Source of the DNA: an uncultured bacterium
GTDB taxonomy: Bacteria; Bacillota_I; Bacilli_A; Acholeplasmatales; Anaeroplasmataceae
Assembly (NCBI GenBank): GCA_949293265.1
Contig: CASFCK010000003.1
Coordinates: 9,264 to 73,263, forward strand
DNA length: 64,000 nt
Direction: 5' to 3'
Part shown: positions 39,114-49,489 of the stretch, piece by piece
How the letters are laid out: each line of letters starts with the position of its first letter
Numbering within the stretch: position 1 is the stretch's first letter
Position numbers and translations under genes: made by a program
Notes under the pieces: model-generated
Databases searched by the model: none
The model's input: the letters and a program-made list of their open reading frames with translations, nothing else
Told to the model about the DNA's origin: nothing

Positions 39114-40164
39114 AAAATGTTTAGGCTGTGGTGCCTTAATGCAAAATGAAAATGTTAATAGTGAAGGTTATGTAGAAGATATATCAAAAGATTATTGCAA
39201 ACGTTGTTTTCGTTTGATGCATTATAACGAAACGCCTAAAGTTTTTGCTAGTAATAAAGAATTTTTAGAAATTATTGAATATGAACTAAAAAAGAAAAAC
39301 TTATTTGTTTATTTAATTGATATATTTTCTTTTCCAATTTCTTTCAATAAGGAAATAATTGATCGTTTAAGAAACAAAGATGTTGTTTTAATAATTAATA
39401 AATTAGATTTATTGCCTAAATCAATTAATTTAAATAATGTTATTAATTTCGTTTCTAAACAATGTGAAAAACTATTCTTTAAAGTTATCGGAATTTATTT
39501 AATATCAGCCAAAAAAGGCTATTATTTAGATGATTTAATGGAACATTTAAATATATATCGTAAAGAAAGAGATATATGTGTGTTAGGTTTAGCTAGTGTT
39601 GGTAAATCTAGTTTTATTAATGCCATCTTAAAAAAATCAAACAACATAAACTCTGATTTAATAGCTACATCACCAATACCTGGGACAACCTTAAGTGAAA
39701 TCATAATCCCTTATTATTTAGATAACCGAGGCTTTATTGATACCCCTGGATTAATTAGCGAAGAAGCTATAATTAGTCAAATGGATACAAAAGATTATAA
39801 TTTAGTTTTACCTAACAAAGAAATTAAACCTATTACGTATCAACTATATGGTTCATATACCTATTTCATTGGTGGTTTAGTCTATATTAGCTTTACAAAT
39901 ATAAATAAGGGTAGTTTAATAATTTATAAAGCTGATAAACTAAACATAACTAAAGTCAAAACAGATAACATTCAAAACACATTAAATCGAGTCGGTAAAA
40001 CAATATTACCATGTTTAAATACTGAATTTGTTACCTATAAAGTAGAAGCTAATAAAACAATATTTATCGGTGGATTTCTAATTATTGAAACTAAAGGTGA
40101 ATTTAAATTTGAATTAGCAACTAATAAAGGATTAGGGGTTAAAATATATGATAGCTTTAAATGA
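39106..40164 (+). CDS. yqeH: Ribosome biogenesis GTPase YqeH
   Basis: N-terminal Zn ribbon CLGCG..CKRCF. Circularly permuted G motifs: NKLDLL, GLASVGKSSFIN and DTPG. ATG 39106 follows GAGGAA; the track start 39028 lies inside yqeG. Confidence 0.88.
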   Translation: MVKKCLGCGALMQNENVNSEGYVEDISKDYCKRCFRLMHYNETPKVFASNKEFLEIIEYELKKKNLFVYLIDIFSFPISFNKEIIDRLRNKDVVLIINKLDLLPKSINLNNVINFVSKQCEKLFFKVIGIYLISAKKGYYLDDLMEHLNIYRKERDICVLGLASVGKSSFINAILKKSNNINSDLIATSPIPGTTLSEIIIPYYLDNRGFIDTPGLISEEAIISQMDTKDYNLVLPNKEIKPITYQLYGSYTYFIGGLVYISFTNINKGSLIIYKADKLNITKVKTDNIQNTLNRVGKTILPCLNTEFVTYKVEANKTIFIGGFLIIETKGEFKFELATNKGLGVKIYDSFK

Positions 40165-41059
40165 TGAAGAAGTAAAAAAAGTATATCAACTTGTTGAAGA
40201 AAAATATCAAAAAGCTAATAATTTAGCTAGATTTAAGCATATTTTAGGCGTTGTTAAAGCGGCTACTTCCTTAGCTATGAAGTATAATGTATCAGTTAAA
40301 AAAGCCCAAATAGCAGCTTTAATGCATGATTATTTTCATAACGATGATAAAAAGATTATGCAGGCATATCTTACCGAAGTTGAAATAAAAGAATGTGAAT
40401 CATGCAAAGCACTTTATCATGGGTATGCCTCAGCTAGTTATTATTTAAAAAATGTTGGACAAGATAAGGAAATTGCAAGAGCAATTAAGTATCACACATT
40501 TGGCAAATTACCATTAACTAGATTAGAAGAAATCATATTAATTAGTGATTATATTGAAGAAAATCGTACTTATAAAGATTGTGTTTATTGTCGTAATTTA
40601 GTACAAAAAGGTTTATTTTACACTGCAATTTATGAATCGACTCTAAATACTATCAAGCATTTAAAAAGTCAAGATATAGAACCACATATTTATCAATATC
40701 AAGTTTTAAAACATTATAAGGAAGTGATGCAAATGGAATTATTAGAAATAGTAAAAGAAGTATTAGGTAAAGTTAAAGCTACAAATATTGCTTGTTATGA
40801 AACAAGAGAAGTTTCACCATTTTATGATTATATCGTTTTAGCAACAGTTTCTACGGCTAGACAAAGTAATGCTATTGGTGAATATTTAGAAGAACAAATA
40901 GAAAACACCCCTTATAAGATAAGAGGTGAAGAAGGAATTAATAGTAATTGGTATTTAATTGATTTAGGTTCAATCGTTATTTCTGTTTTAAGCAGTGAAG
41001 AAAGAGAAAGATTAGAGTTAGATAGCCTATATTCTAATTTAAATACCGTAGAGATCTAA
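40148..41059 (+). CDS. yqeK-rsfS: In-frame fusion of a YqeK-type HD phosphohydrolase (about residues 1-193) and ribosome silencing factor RsfS (about residues 194-303)
   Basis: HD motif AALMHDYFH and IKYHTFG in the N-terminal part. RsfS-like C-terminal part (FYDYIVLATVSTARQSNAI..WYLIDLGSIVISVLSSEERE). Junction AAGGAAG 40718-40724 followed by in-frame ATGs at 40727 and 40733, with no stop. Confidence 0.8.
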   Translation: MIALNDEEVKKVYQLVEEKYQKANNLARFKHILGVVKAATSLAMKYNVSVKKAQIAALMHDYFHNDDKKIMQAYLTEVEIKECESCKALYHGYASASYYLKNVGQDKEIARAIKYHTFGKLPLTRLEEIILISDYIEENRTYKDCVYCRNLVQKGLFYTAIYESTLNTIKHLKSQDIEPHIYQYQVLKHYKEVMQMELLEIVKEVLGKVKATNIACYETREVSPFYDYIVLATVSTARQSNAIGEYLEEQIENTPYKIRGEEGINSNWYLIDLGSIVISVLSSEERERLELDSLYSNLNTVEI

Positions 41060-41773
41060 ATAATATTTTAAATCTACGTCCTTATTATAATAAAGCATTT
41101 TATTTATTGAATTTATTAATTGGGTAGATTTATCGATTATTTCTGAATATATTAATGATTTATCTTGATAAGAAAATTGCTTTTTAAGATAATTCTTTTT
41201 ATTAATTCTACCTAATATTTTTAAAAAAATAGTTTTAATTTTTGATTCTTTAGCCAAAAAATATTTATTAAAATAATAACAATTTTTACTAGCTTTTTTT
41301 AAATAGCTTGTAATATCAGGATAACTAAAAAGATGCCTTGATATTAAATCTAGAAATAAATAATAAGGTAGTCTTAAATCATAATATAAATAAGTTAAAT
41401 TACGTAATTCTTTTTTCTTATTTATCTTATTATATAGAAAATAATAATTTTCTAAATTTTCTAATTCATCACTATATTTAGTTATTACAAGATAGGTTAT
41501 ATAACCATAAAGTAAAACAATACCTTCTTTATTATAATTATTATCTTTAATAAGCTTAACGTAATAACTAATATTGTCATAGATATTACTATTTAAATTA
41601 GCAAAGATATTTAAACTATTTTTTTTACTAAAGAAATTATAATAAGGTTCATAAAAATAAGTATTTATAGTGAAGATTTCATAATTTTTAAGTGGTATAT
41701 TTAAAAAGAATTTAGAATCAATTTGTTTAGTTATATCTTTAAAAAGATGGAAATAAAATAAAGAAGATATCAT
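41039..41773 (-). CDS. Hypothetical protein, no motif recognised
   Basis: Long ORF in an AT-rich genome, where chance ORFs of this size are unlikely. ATG 41773 follows GGTGAT; the track TTG start is at 41818. The 3' end overlaps the convergent yqeK-rsfS gene by 21 nt. Confidence 0.45.
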   Translation of the reverse strand: MISSLFYFHLFKDITKQIDSKFFLNIPLKNYEIFTINTYFYEPYYNFFSKKNSLNIFANLNSNIYDNISYYVKLIKDNNYNKEGIVLLYGYITYLVITKYSDELENLENYYFLYNKINKKKELRNLTYLYYDLRLPYYLFLDLISRHLFSYPDITSYLKKASKNCYYFNKYFLAKESKIKTIFLKILGRINKKNYLKKQFSYQDKSLIYSEIIDKSTQLINSINKMLYYNKDVDLKYYLDLYGI

Positions 41774-41835
41774 AATATCACCAATAAAAATTATATTAAA
41801 TCTAGATTTTATTTGCAATAAAAAAAGAGGTTTTT

Positions 41836-42681
41836 ATGAAAAGCTTATCATTTGAAACACAACAAAATTTAATTAACCAAATCTTAAACAAAGCTCAAGA
41901 TATTGATGTTGCAATATTAAGTTATATTCAAGGTGAAAAAGATTTTTTTATTGATGCATTAATGTTATATCAAAATAATAATGGTGGCTTTGGTCATAAT
42001 TTATATATAGACAATTACAATCCTAATTCAACTAGTTTTACAACTTTATATGCCTTAAAATTACTATATAAATTTGATATTTCTAGTAAACTAAGGGACA
42101 CATTAGTAAATAAGGCTTTCACTTACTTATATCATAAAGCTTATTTAGAAGATGATTATTATACCATTGCTGAACCTGATAATAATAAATATGCTCATAG
42201 TCAAGAATTTGAATACCCTGCTCCTAAAAACATTGCTTTAACACTTGGGGTAATTGGAATAACGTTATTATTGCTAGATTCTAATAAGCCTTATTATAAA
42301 TTGGCTTTAGAAAAATATAATAAGATTAAAGCAAATATTAGATTAGAAGATATTGATTGTGATAATGTTATATATTTAGCTATCTTAATTGCTGGTTTAA
42401 ATAAAGCTAAAATTGCGCATGATTTAAAAATTGATTCTAAATTATTAAATCTAAACAATATATTAGAAATTAATGATTATTTACCCATAGAACCAAAGTT
42501 AGTAACAGAAGCATTAAATGTTTTATTACAAAATATTAATAGTAATGGTCTATGGGATTATGAACTTAATTGGCATAATAGCTACCCTGAAGCGGATGTA
42601 GCGACTATTAAATGGGTGTTTAGAATGGCTGTAATTAATTTTTATTATTTAAAGAAGTATAATTTAGTAGATTATAATTAA
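41836..42681 (+). CDS. Hypothetical protein with prenyltransferase/terpene-cyclase-like (alpha/alpha toroid) repeat signatures
   Basis: AAGAGG SD. YQNNNGGFGH and NSNGLWDY resemble QxxDGGWG-type repeats. This family call is weak. Confidence 0.4.
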   Translation: MKSLSFETQQNLINQILNKAQDIDVAILSYIQGEKDFFIDALMLYQNNNGGFGHNLYIDNYNPNSTSFTTLYALKLLYKFDISSKLRDTLVNKAFTYLYHKAYLEDDYYTIAEPDNNKYAHSQEFEYPAPKNIALTLGVIGITLLLLDSNKPYYKLALEKYNKIKANIRLEDIDCDNVIYLAILIAGLNKAKIAHDLKIDSKLLNLNNILEINDYLPIEPKLVTEALNVLLQNINSNGLWDYELNWHNSYPEADVATIKWVFRMAVINFYYLKKYNLVDYN

Positions 42682-42714
42682 AAAATGTTGTAAAATAAAA
42701 CAAGAGGTGTAATT

Positions 42715-44412
42715 ATGAAAAAACCAGTTATGTTAATTATTATGGATGGCTATGGCTTAGCTAATCCAAGTGAAGGAAATGCCATTAGTTTGGCTAATAA
42801 GCCGAATTTAGATTATTTATTTGCTAATTATAATAGTGCTAAAATAGATGCTTCTGGTGAAGCTGTAGGTTTACCAGAAGGTCAAATGGGAAATTCTGAA
42901 GTTGGCCATATGAATATTGGTGCAGGACGCATCGTATGGCAAAGTTTATCTAGAATTAATAACGCTATTAAAAGTGGTGAATTTGAAAACAATGAAGCAA
43001 TTAATGAAGCTATAAATCATGCCTTAGCTACTGGCAAAAAATTTCATATTTTAGGCTTATGTTCAGATGGTGGTGTTCATTCTCACACATCACACATTAT
43101 AGCTATTGCTAATTTAGCACATAAAAAGGGTATTAAAAACGTCTATTACCATGCCTTCTTAGATGGTAGAGATGTTCCACCAACATCAGCTAAAACTTAT
43201 CTAGTTAAAGTTTTAAATGATGGTAAAGTTAATCTAGCAACTGTAGGTGGTCGTTATTATGGTATGGATAGGGATAAGAATTATGACCGTATAGCTAAAG
43301 CATATGATGCGATGGTTAGAAATGTAGGTCCACATTACGATGATCCTATTAAGGCATTAGATGAATCATATGCTAATGGTATAACAGATGAATTTGTCGT
43401 TCCATTTATCGTTGATCAAAACGGTATGATTGGAGATGGGGATAGTGTTGTATTTGCTAATTTCCGTCCTGATAGAGCTATTGAAATTTCAACTGCTTTA
43501 TCTAATCCAACAGGTATCGTTTATAATCCGGAAAAACCATACCGTTTAAATACAATTGGTGGTCCACGTAACTTGACTTTTGTTTGCATGATGAAATATG
43601 CAGATCAAGTTAAGGGTAAACTAGCATTTGGTTTGCAAGAATTAAATAATATGTTAGGTGAAGTTGTATCAGCTGCGGGATTAAAACAATTAAGAATAGC
43701 TGAAACAGAAAAATATGCACATGTTACATTCTTCTTTGATGGTGGTGTTGATAAGGTTTTAGAAGGTGAAGATAGAATATTAGTTGATTCACCAAAAGTA
43801 GCAACTTATGATTTAAAACCAGAAATGTCTGCCTATGAAGTTACTGATAAAGTTGTTGAAGCTATTAATAGTAATAAATATGATTTAATTATTTTAAATT
43901 ATGCAAACTGTGACATGGTTGGTCATACAGGTGTAATACCTGCCGCTGTTAAAGCTGTAGAAACTGTAGATGAATGTGTAGGTCGCTGTGTTGAGGCTTT
44001 AAATAAATGCGGTGGAGTCGCAATTATAACTGCTGATCATGGTAATGCTGAAAAATTATTAGATGAAGAAGGTAAACCATTCACTGCCCACACATCTAAT
44101 GAAGTTCCGGTTTTAATTACTGATAAATCAATTTATTTAAAAAATGGTATTTTATCAGATCTAGCTCCAACAATTTTAGAATTATTAGGATTACCTATTC
44201 CAAGTGAAATGACTTCTAAATCTTTAATTGTATCTAATGCAGAATTAGAAACTGCAGTAACTGACTATACAAACCAAAAAGAAGAAAATTCAACAATTGA
44301 AACAAAAGAAACTCAAGTAAATGAAGAAACAGGTACTGAAACAGTTACTAATGAAGTGCCTACTGAAGAAAGTTTTGCAACATTTAATGATGAAGATGCA
44401 GTAAAGAACTAG
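42715..44412 (+). CDS. gpmI: 2,3-bisphosphoglycerate-independent phosphoglycerate mutase with an acidic C-terminal tail of about 55 aa
   Basis: MGNSEVGHMNIGAGR, FLDGRDV and ADHGNAE. Tail is SNAELETAV..ETQVNEETGTETVTNEVPTEE.. Confidence 0.95.
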   Translation: MKKPVMLIIMDGYGLANPSEGNAISLANKPNLDYLFANYNSAKIDASGEAVGLPEGQMGNSEVGHMNIGAGRIVWQSLSRINNAIKSGEFENNEAINEAINHALATGKKFHILGLCSDGGVHSHTSHIIAIANLAHKKGIKNVYYHAFLDGRDVPPTSAKTYLVKVLNDGKVNLATVGGRYYGMDRDKNYDRIAKAYDAMVRNVGPHYDDPIKALDESYANGITDEFVVPFIVDQNGMIGDGDSVVFANFRPDRAIEISTALSNPTGIVYNPEKPYRLNTIGGPRNLTFVCMMKYADQVKGKLAFGLQELNNMLGEVVSAAGLKQLRIAETEKYAHVTFFFDGGVDKVLEGEDRILVDSPKVATYDLKPEMSAYEVTDKVVEAINSNKYDLIILNYANCDMVGHTGVIPAAVKAVETVDECVGRCVEALNKCGGVAIITADHGNAEKLLDEEGKPFTAHTSNEVPVLITDKSIYLKNGILSDLAPTILELLGLPIPSEMTSKSLIVSNAELETAVTDYTNQKEENSTIETKETQVNEETGTETVTNEVPTEESFATFNDEDAVKN

Positions 44413-44433
44413 TCAAGCTAGTTCTTTATTATT
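44403..44433 (+). terminator. Hairpin/terminator overlapping the gpmI stop
   Basis: AAAGAACTAG-TCAAG-CTAGTTCTTT (10 bp). The trailing T tract is weak (ATTATT). Confidence 0.6.
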
Positions 44434-44495
44434 CTATATTATATTTTTGTGCAAATTTTTCCTTTTTATTCGTAAAAATAAGTCTATAATATAGC

Positions 44496-45986
44496 ATGGT
44501 GATTAAATTGGAAAATACTGCACAAACAGAACGTAAAATTAATAAACAAATCGAAAGAAGAAAATTAATATTAAGCGGGAACTTATGGAAGACGATTATC
44601 ATTATTTGTTTTCCTATAATGTTCTATCAATTCATAAACTCATTATCAACAGTCATTGATCAAATGATAACAGCTGGTATATCAGCTAGTGCTAGTAATG
44701 CAGTTGGTTCAACAGGACAAATCAAAAATATGTTTAGTGCTTTTGGTGGCGGTTTAGCTAGTGGTGGCGCAGTATTAGTTGCTAGATATTATGGTGCTGG
44801 TAAAGTACATGATGCGCGTAACGCTAGTGGTAATTTATTTACATTAGCAATTATTTTAAATATTGTTATTTTACTTATTTTTTTACCGCTTGCTAGACAA
44901 GTTATGCAAATATGTCAAGTTGCTGATTCAGCAATAGATATAGGACTAAATTATTTTAGATTACAATTAGTAGAATTAATTTTTGTGACTATAAATAGTA
45001 TCTTTATCGGTTTAGAAAAAGCTAAGGGTAATTCAAAATTAATTTTATATTTAAATTTAGGAATATTAACAATAAAAATTGGTTTAACAGCCTTATTCGT
45101 ATATGTTTTTAAAATTAAGGATATCACTTGGATAGAAGTAGCTACAATAATAAGCCAATTAGTTTTAACTACAATAGGTCTAGTTTTATTATTTAAGAAA
45201 ACTAATATTTTACGTATAACAGTCGCTGATTTTAAATTAAAAAGTATTTATGTAAAAGATATATTTCTTTTATCAATCCCAATGTTCTTTGGTAAATTCG
45301 TAATGAACTTAGGTAAAGTATCAGTGAATGCTCTTGCAGGCTATTATTATAACGAATCTACACAAGAATTAATAGTTGGTGCTTTAGGTATATCAAACAA
45401 TATCTCAGGCTTAGTAACAGGTATGACTTCAACATTTGAAGAAAGTGAATCTTCAATAGTTAGTCAAAACTTAGGTAATCGTAATATTAGAAGACCATTA
45501 AAGACATTTGTAAGAATCTTACTAGTATCGATAATAATATCAGCTATCGGCTATATTTTAACAAGATTTGTCTTAATTGATTCTTTAGTAGCATTATTTA
45601 ATAATGACAAAGAACTAGGTACTTATTATAGTGAAATGATTAAAAACATTTATGTTTATGATTCATTATCTATTCCGGCTTTAGGTTTATGTTCAGCTGT
45701 ATTAGGCTTATTATATGGTTTTGGTAAAACCTTCTTAGCCTCAATATTAAATTTCTCAAGAATAGGTGTTAGAATTTTAACAATTATAATTTTCCATTAT
45801 GCCTTCCCATCTATGTCAGGTGAATCAGTAGTAGGTATAGCAATGGGAATATCAAATGGTACAATTATGTTATTAGCAATTATATTCTTTGTTGTTTTTA
45901 TGGTTAGTTTAAAGGGTCATGGTTATCGCGGTATGCATCTAAGTGACCCGGAACCAGAAGTAAGTAAACTAGATTTAGGTGACTAG
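44496..45986 (+). CDS. MATE-family efflux transporter
   Basis: About 12 TM helices. N-terminal LWKTIIIICFPIMFYQFINSLSTVIDQM is typical of MATE/NorM. Confidence 0.85.
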   Translation: MVIKLENTAQTERKINKQIERRKLILSGNLWKTIIIICFPIMFYQFINSLSTVIDQMITAGISASASNAVGSTGQIKNMFSAFGGGLASGGAVLVARYYGAGKVHDARNASGNLFTLAIILNIVILLIFLPLARQVMQICQVADSAIDIGLNYFRLQLVELIFVTINSIFIGLEKAKGNSKLILYLNLGILTIKIGLTALFVYVFKIKDITWIEVATIISQLVLTTIGLVLLFKKTNILRITVADFKLKSIYVKDIFLLSIPMFFGKFVMNLGKVSVNALAGYYYNESTQELIVGALGISNNISGLVTGMTSTFEESESSIVSQNLGNRNIRRPLKTFVRILLVSIIISAIGYILTRFVLIDSLVALFNNDKELGTYYSEMIKNIYVYDSLSIPALGLCSAVLGLLYGFGKTFLASILNFSRIGVRILTIIIFHYAFPSMSGESVVGIAMGISNGTIMLLAIIFFVVFMVSLKGHGYRGMHLSDPEPEVSKLDLGD

Positions 45987-45987
45987 T

Positions 45988-46509
45988 ATGGAGAAAAAAG
46001 TTAAGGAAAACCTTATTTATAAAGGTCGTATTATAACCTTATATAATGATGATGTAATTTGTGATAATAATAAATCAACAAAAAGAGAATATGTTCATCA
46101 CAATGGTGGGGCAGGAATTTTAGCGGTTAAAGATGATCAAATTTTATTGATTAAACAATTTAGATATCCATATAATAAAGAAATCTATGAAATTCCAGCC
46201 GGGAAAATAGAAATAGGAGAATCACCATATTTAACGGCTATTCGAGAACTAGAAGAAGAATGTGCTTTAAAAGCCCCAAGTTTAGAAGAATTAGGATATA
46301 TTTATCCTACATGTGGTTACTCAGATGAAGTTATATATTTATATTTAGCTAAAGAATTTGTTTTAACTAAAACTAATTTTGATGAAGATGAAAATATTAC
46401 TTCTAAATGGTATACTATTTCTGAAGTTTTAAAGATGATTGACAATAATGAAATAGTCGATGCTAAAACTTTAATAGCAATTTATCGTTATCTAGCAAAA
46501 AAAGCTTAG
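45988..46509 (+). CDS. NUDIX hydrolase (ADP-ribose pyrophosphatase-like)
   Basis: Nudix box GKIEIGESPYLTAIRELEEECAL. ATG 45988 follows AGGTGA and the MATE stop. Confidence 0.85.
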   Translation: MEKKVKENLIYKGRIITLYNDDVICDNNKSTKREYVHHNGGAGILAVKDDQILLIKQFRYPYNKEIYEIPAGKIEIGESPYLTAIRELEEECALKAPSLEELGYIYPTCGYSDEVIYLYLAKEFVLTKTNFDEDENITSKWYTISEVLKMIDNNEIVDAKTLIAIYRYLAKKA

Positions 46510-47562
46510 TTAAGGCATAATTGGTTTGCCTAATTCTAAGCTTAATAACTTATTATGATATATTGAATCTAAAATATTAGCTATTTTAATTTCATAATCT
46601 AATATTTTTGACAAGCCTAATTTATTATTTGTAATAATTTGGCTTGTCTTTTTTATTTCATTTAAATAATTTCTACCTTTTTCATTAAATCCTAAAATAT
46701 AAGAATATGGATATTTTAGATTTATCTTTTCTATGTTATATAATAAATAAAAACAAGCCCTTTTAATTTTACTTGTAGTAAAATAAGAATTACTACATCT
46801 AAGATAAAGTTCTTTAAAACTATTGGCTAATTTTAAATTATTTAAAATATGTTTTTCTATTCCGTCACGAATAAACATTAGATCAGCAAAGTTATTATAA
46901 TTTAATAACATAAATTTAAAAAAAGGAAAAAGTAACTCTTCATCAATTAAATTAGGACTAACATAACTAGGACAATATTGCGAAATTAAATTAAAATTAT
47001 TTCTAATCGCTTGACTAGATGTGAAGACTTGATGATTTGGTGAATCTTCATGATGTAAAGACCCAACTCGCTTAATTAGTTTTAAATCAATATTGGTATT
47101 TTTAATACTTTTATAGTAACAATATGCTAAAAGATCATTAGGTTTAATATCGATAGCTTGAGCTGTTGCTTTTTTATAAGGAAGGTGGGCATTTAATTTA
47201 TCTTTAATATCATCTTCAGCAAAATTAATATTTTTAATGTATTCTAAATCATTACTTTCACTGCCACAGTAAATAGCAGAAACTTGAAGTTTAGCTAGTT
47301 CATTAACACTGTTTTTAGCAAAATTATCAGCGCTATTAACTGCTAATACGCTAGGTAATGCCACTACAATATCAGCCTTATTTAAGGCATAAGAAGCTTT
47401 AACTTTTGGCAAATGGACCGATAAGTCACCACGCATAGTATAGTAAGTAGATAAACAAACGATTATTACACTATCAGGATTTTGGGCTCGGATTTGTTCT
47501 AATTGATATAAATGGCCATTGTGAAATGGATTATATTCGCAAATAGTTCCTACAGCTTTCAT
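46510..47562 (-). CDS. tmcAL: tRNA(Met) cytidine acetate ligase TmcAL (YlbM/UPF0348 nucleotidyltransferase)
   Basis: MKAVGTICEYNPFHNGHLYQL (HxGH class). The stop abuts the convergent nudix stop with no spacer. Confidence 0.85.
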   Translation of the reverse strand: MKAVGTICEYNPFHNGHLYQLEQIRAQNPDSVIIVCLSTYYTMRGDLSVHLPKVKASYALNKADIVVALPSVLAVNSADNFAKNSVNELAKLQVSAIYCGSESNDLEYIKNINFAEDDIKDKLNAHLPYKKATAQAIDIKPNDLLAYCYYKSIKNTNIDLKLIKRVGSLHHEDSPNHQVFTSSQAIRNNFNLISQYCPSYVSPNLIDEELLFPFFKFMLLNYNNFADLMFIRDGIEKHILNNLKLANSFKELYLRCSNSYFTTSKIKRACFYLLYNIEKINLKYPYSYILGFNEKGRNYLNEIKKTSQIITNNKLGLSKILDYEIKIANILDSIYHNKLLSLELGKPIMP

Positions 47563-47697
47563 AAGATCACCTAATCTATTATAACAATTTTTAATAAAAA
47601 AACCTATATTAAATAAATGTTGTTATAAAATAAACAGTTAAATTGATATTAATTTAATTAAAAAAATGCTATAATTAAACAAATTGGAGGTTTAAAA

Positions 47698-49461
47698 ATG
47701 AATTGGAATTATAAATTAATATATAAAACAGAAGCAGATTTTAAAAAAGACATGGATAATGTTTTAGCTGAAACTAATGAGTTGGCTGCATTTAAAGGTG
47801 GATTAAATATAAAAAGCAATTTAAAACTATTTTTAACCAAAAGTAGTTTAATGGAACAAAAACTAGAAAAATTAATTATTTACACTTCTTTACAATATGC
47901 TAAAAATAGTAAAGATATATTAAATCAACAAAGAGATTCTGAAATTATGACTCTATTTGCTAAAATAAATAGTGCCCTAGCTTTTGTTGAACCAGAATTA
48001 ATTAGCATAGGTCAAGCCAAAATAGAAAATTATCTAAATGACGATAAAGAATTAACAACATATAAATATTATTTTGCTAAATTATTTAAAAATAGTTCTC
48101 ATGTACTAGATGATAAAAGTGAATCAATTATAGCTAATTATAGTCAAGCAATCAATGGATTTAACAATTTACATGATATTTTAGCGGTATCTGATAATAA
48201 TGATGAAGAAGTTATATTATCTGATGGTAATCATATTATAGTTAATGCTAGTAATTACCGAACTTATTTAGAAGATTTAGAAAAACAAGAAAATCGTCAA
48301 AAAGTTTTTGAAAGTGTATTTAAATTTTATGCTAATCATAAACATAGCTTTGCGGCTATATATAATGGAATTATGTTAAGTGAATTAGCTAGTATGAAGA
48401 ATCGTAAATACAATTCAATTTTAGAAAGTCATTTAGATATAAATAATATTCCTAAAGAAGTTTTCTTAAGCTTAATAAATACTACTAAAGAAAATACATC
48501 AGCAATTAAAAAGTATTATAAATTGCGTAAAGAATATTTTAATTTAAAAGAAATCCATACTTATGATAGATTCTTACAATTTAAAAAATCAACTAAAAAA
48601 TATAGTTATGATGAAGCAAAGGAAATATTCTTCGCTGCAGTTAAGAAAATTGGTGGTGATTTTGAAGTTAAAGCTCATCAAGTTTTAGAAGATGGTCGAG
48701 TTGATGTTTTCCCTCAAGATGGTAAACAAACAGGAGCTTTTTCAACAGGTAGTTACGAAAAGGGAACATTCATTATGCTTAATCATACGGATACTTTAGA
48801 TTCAGTTTTTACCTTAGCTCATGAAGCAGGACATTCAATTCATACTATGTTTGCTAATGAAAGCCAAGATTATATTAATTCAAATTATGTTATTTTTGTT
48901 GCCGAAATTGCATCTACATTTAATGAATCATTATTATTAGATTATTTATTAGAAAGAGATTTAGATCAAGATACGAAGATTGTTTTATTACAACAAGAAA
49001 TAGATAATATTTTATCAACATTCTATCGTCAATCTTTATTTGCAGATTTTGAATATCAGGCTCATAAATTGGTTGAAGAAGGTAAACCAGTGACTTATGA
49101 TACATTATCTAATATTATGATCGATTTATATAAAACCTATTATGATATTGATATTAAATCAGAAAAGTATAAAGAATATGTATGGGCATATATTCCACAC
49201 TTATTCAACACACCATTTTATGTTTATCAATATGCTACTAGTTACGCAGCAAGTCAAGCAATATATGCTAAAGTTAAAACTGGTGATGCTAAAGCTTTAG
49301 CCGATTATTTAGGCTTACTTAAAGCAGGTGGTTCAGATTTTCCAATTAATTTAGTTAAAAATGCTGGTGTTGATTTAACTAAAAAAGACGCGTTTATGGC
49401 GGTTGTTAATCGTTTAGAAGAATTAGTAAATAAATTAGAAATGTTATTAAAAGCTAGCTAA
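47698..49461 (+). CDS. pepF: Oligoendopeptidase F (M3B)
   Basis: HEAGHSIH zinc motif. GGAGG SD. Extended -10 TGcTATAAT at 47667-47675. Confidence 0.9.
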   Translation: MNWNYKLIYKTEADFKKDMDNVLAETNELAAFKGGLNIKSNLKLFLTKSSLMEQKLEKLIIYTSLQYAKNSKDILNQQRDSEIMTLFAKINSALAFVEPELISIGQAKIENYLNDDKELTTYKYYFAKLFKNSSHVLDDKSESIIANYSQAINGFNNLHDILAVSDNNDEEVILSDGNHIIVNASNYRTYLEDLEKQENRQKVFESVFKFYANHKHSFAAIYNGIMLSELASMKNRKYNSILESHLDINNIPKEVFLSLINTTKENTSAIKKYYKLRKEYFNLKEIHTYDRFLQFKKSTKKYSYDEAKEIFFAAVKKIGGDFEVKAHQVLEDGRVDVFPQDGKQTGAFSTGSYEKGTFIMLNHTDTLDSVFTLAHEAGHSIHTMFANESQDYINSNYVIFVAEIASTFNESLLLDYLLERDLDQDTKIVLLQQEIDNILSTFYRQSLFADFEYQAHKLVEEGKPVTYDTLSNIMIDLYKTYYDIDIKSEKYKEYVWAYIPHLFNTPFYVYQYATSYAASQAIYAKVKTGDAKALADYLGLLKAGGSDFPINLVKNAGVDLTKKDAFMAVVNRLEELVNKLEMLLKAS

Positions 49462-49489
49462 GGCTAGTTTTTAATTATCTGGAGGTCAA

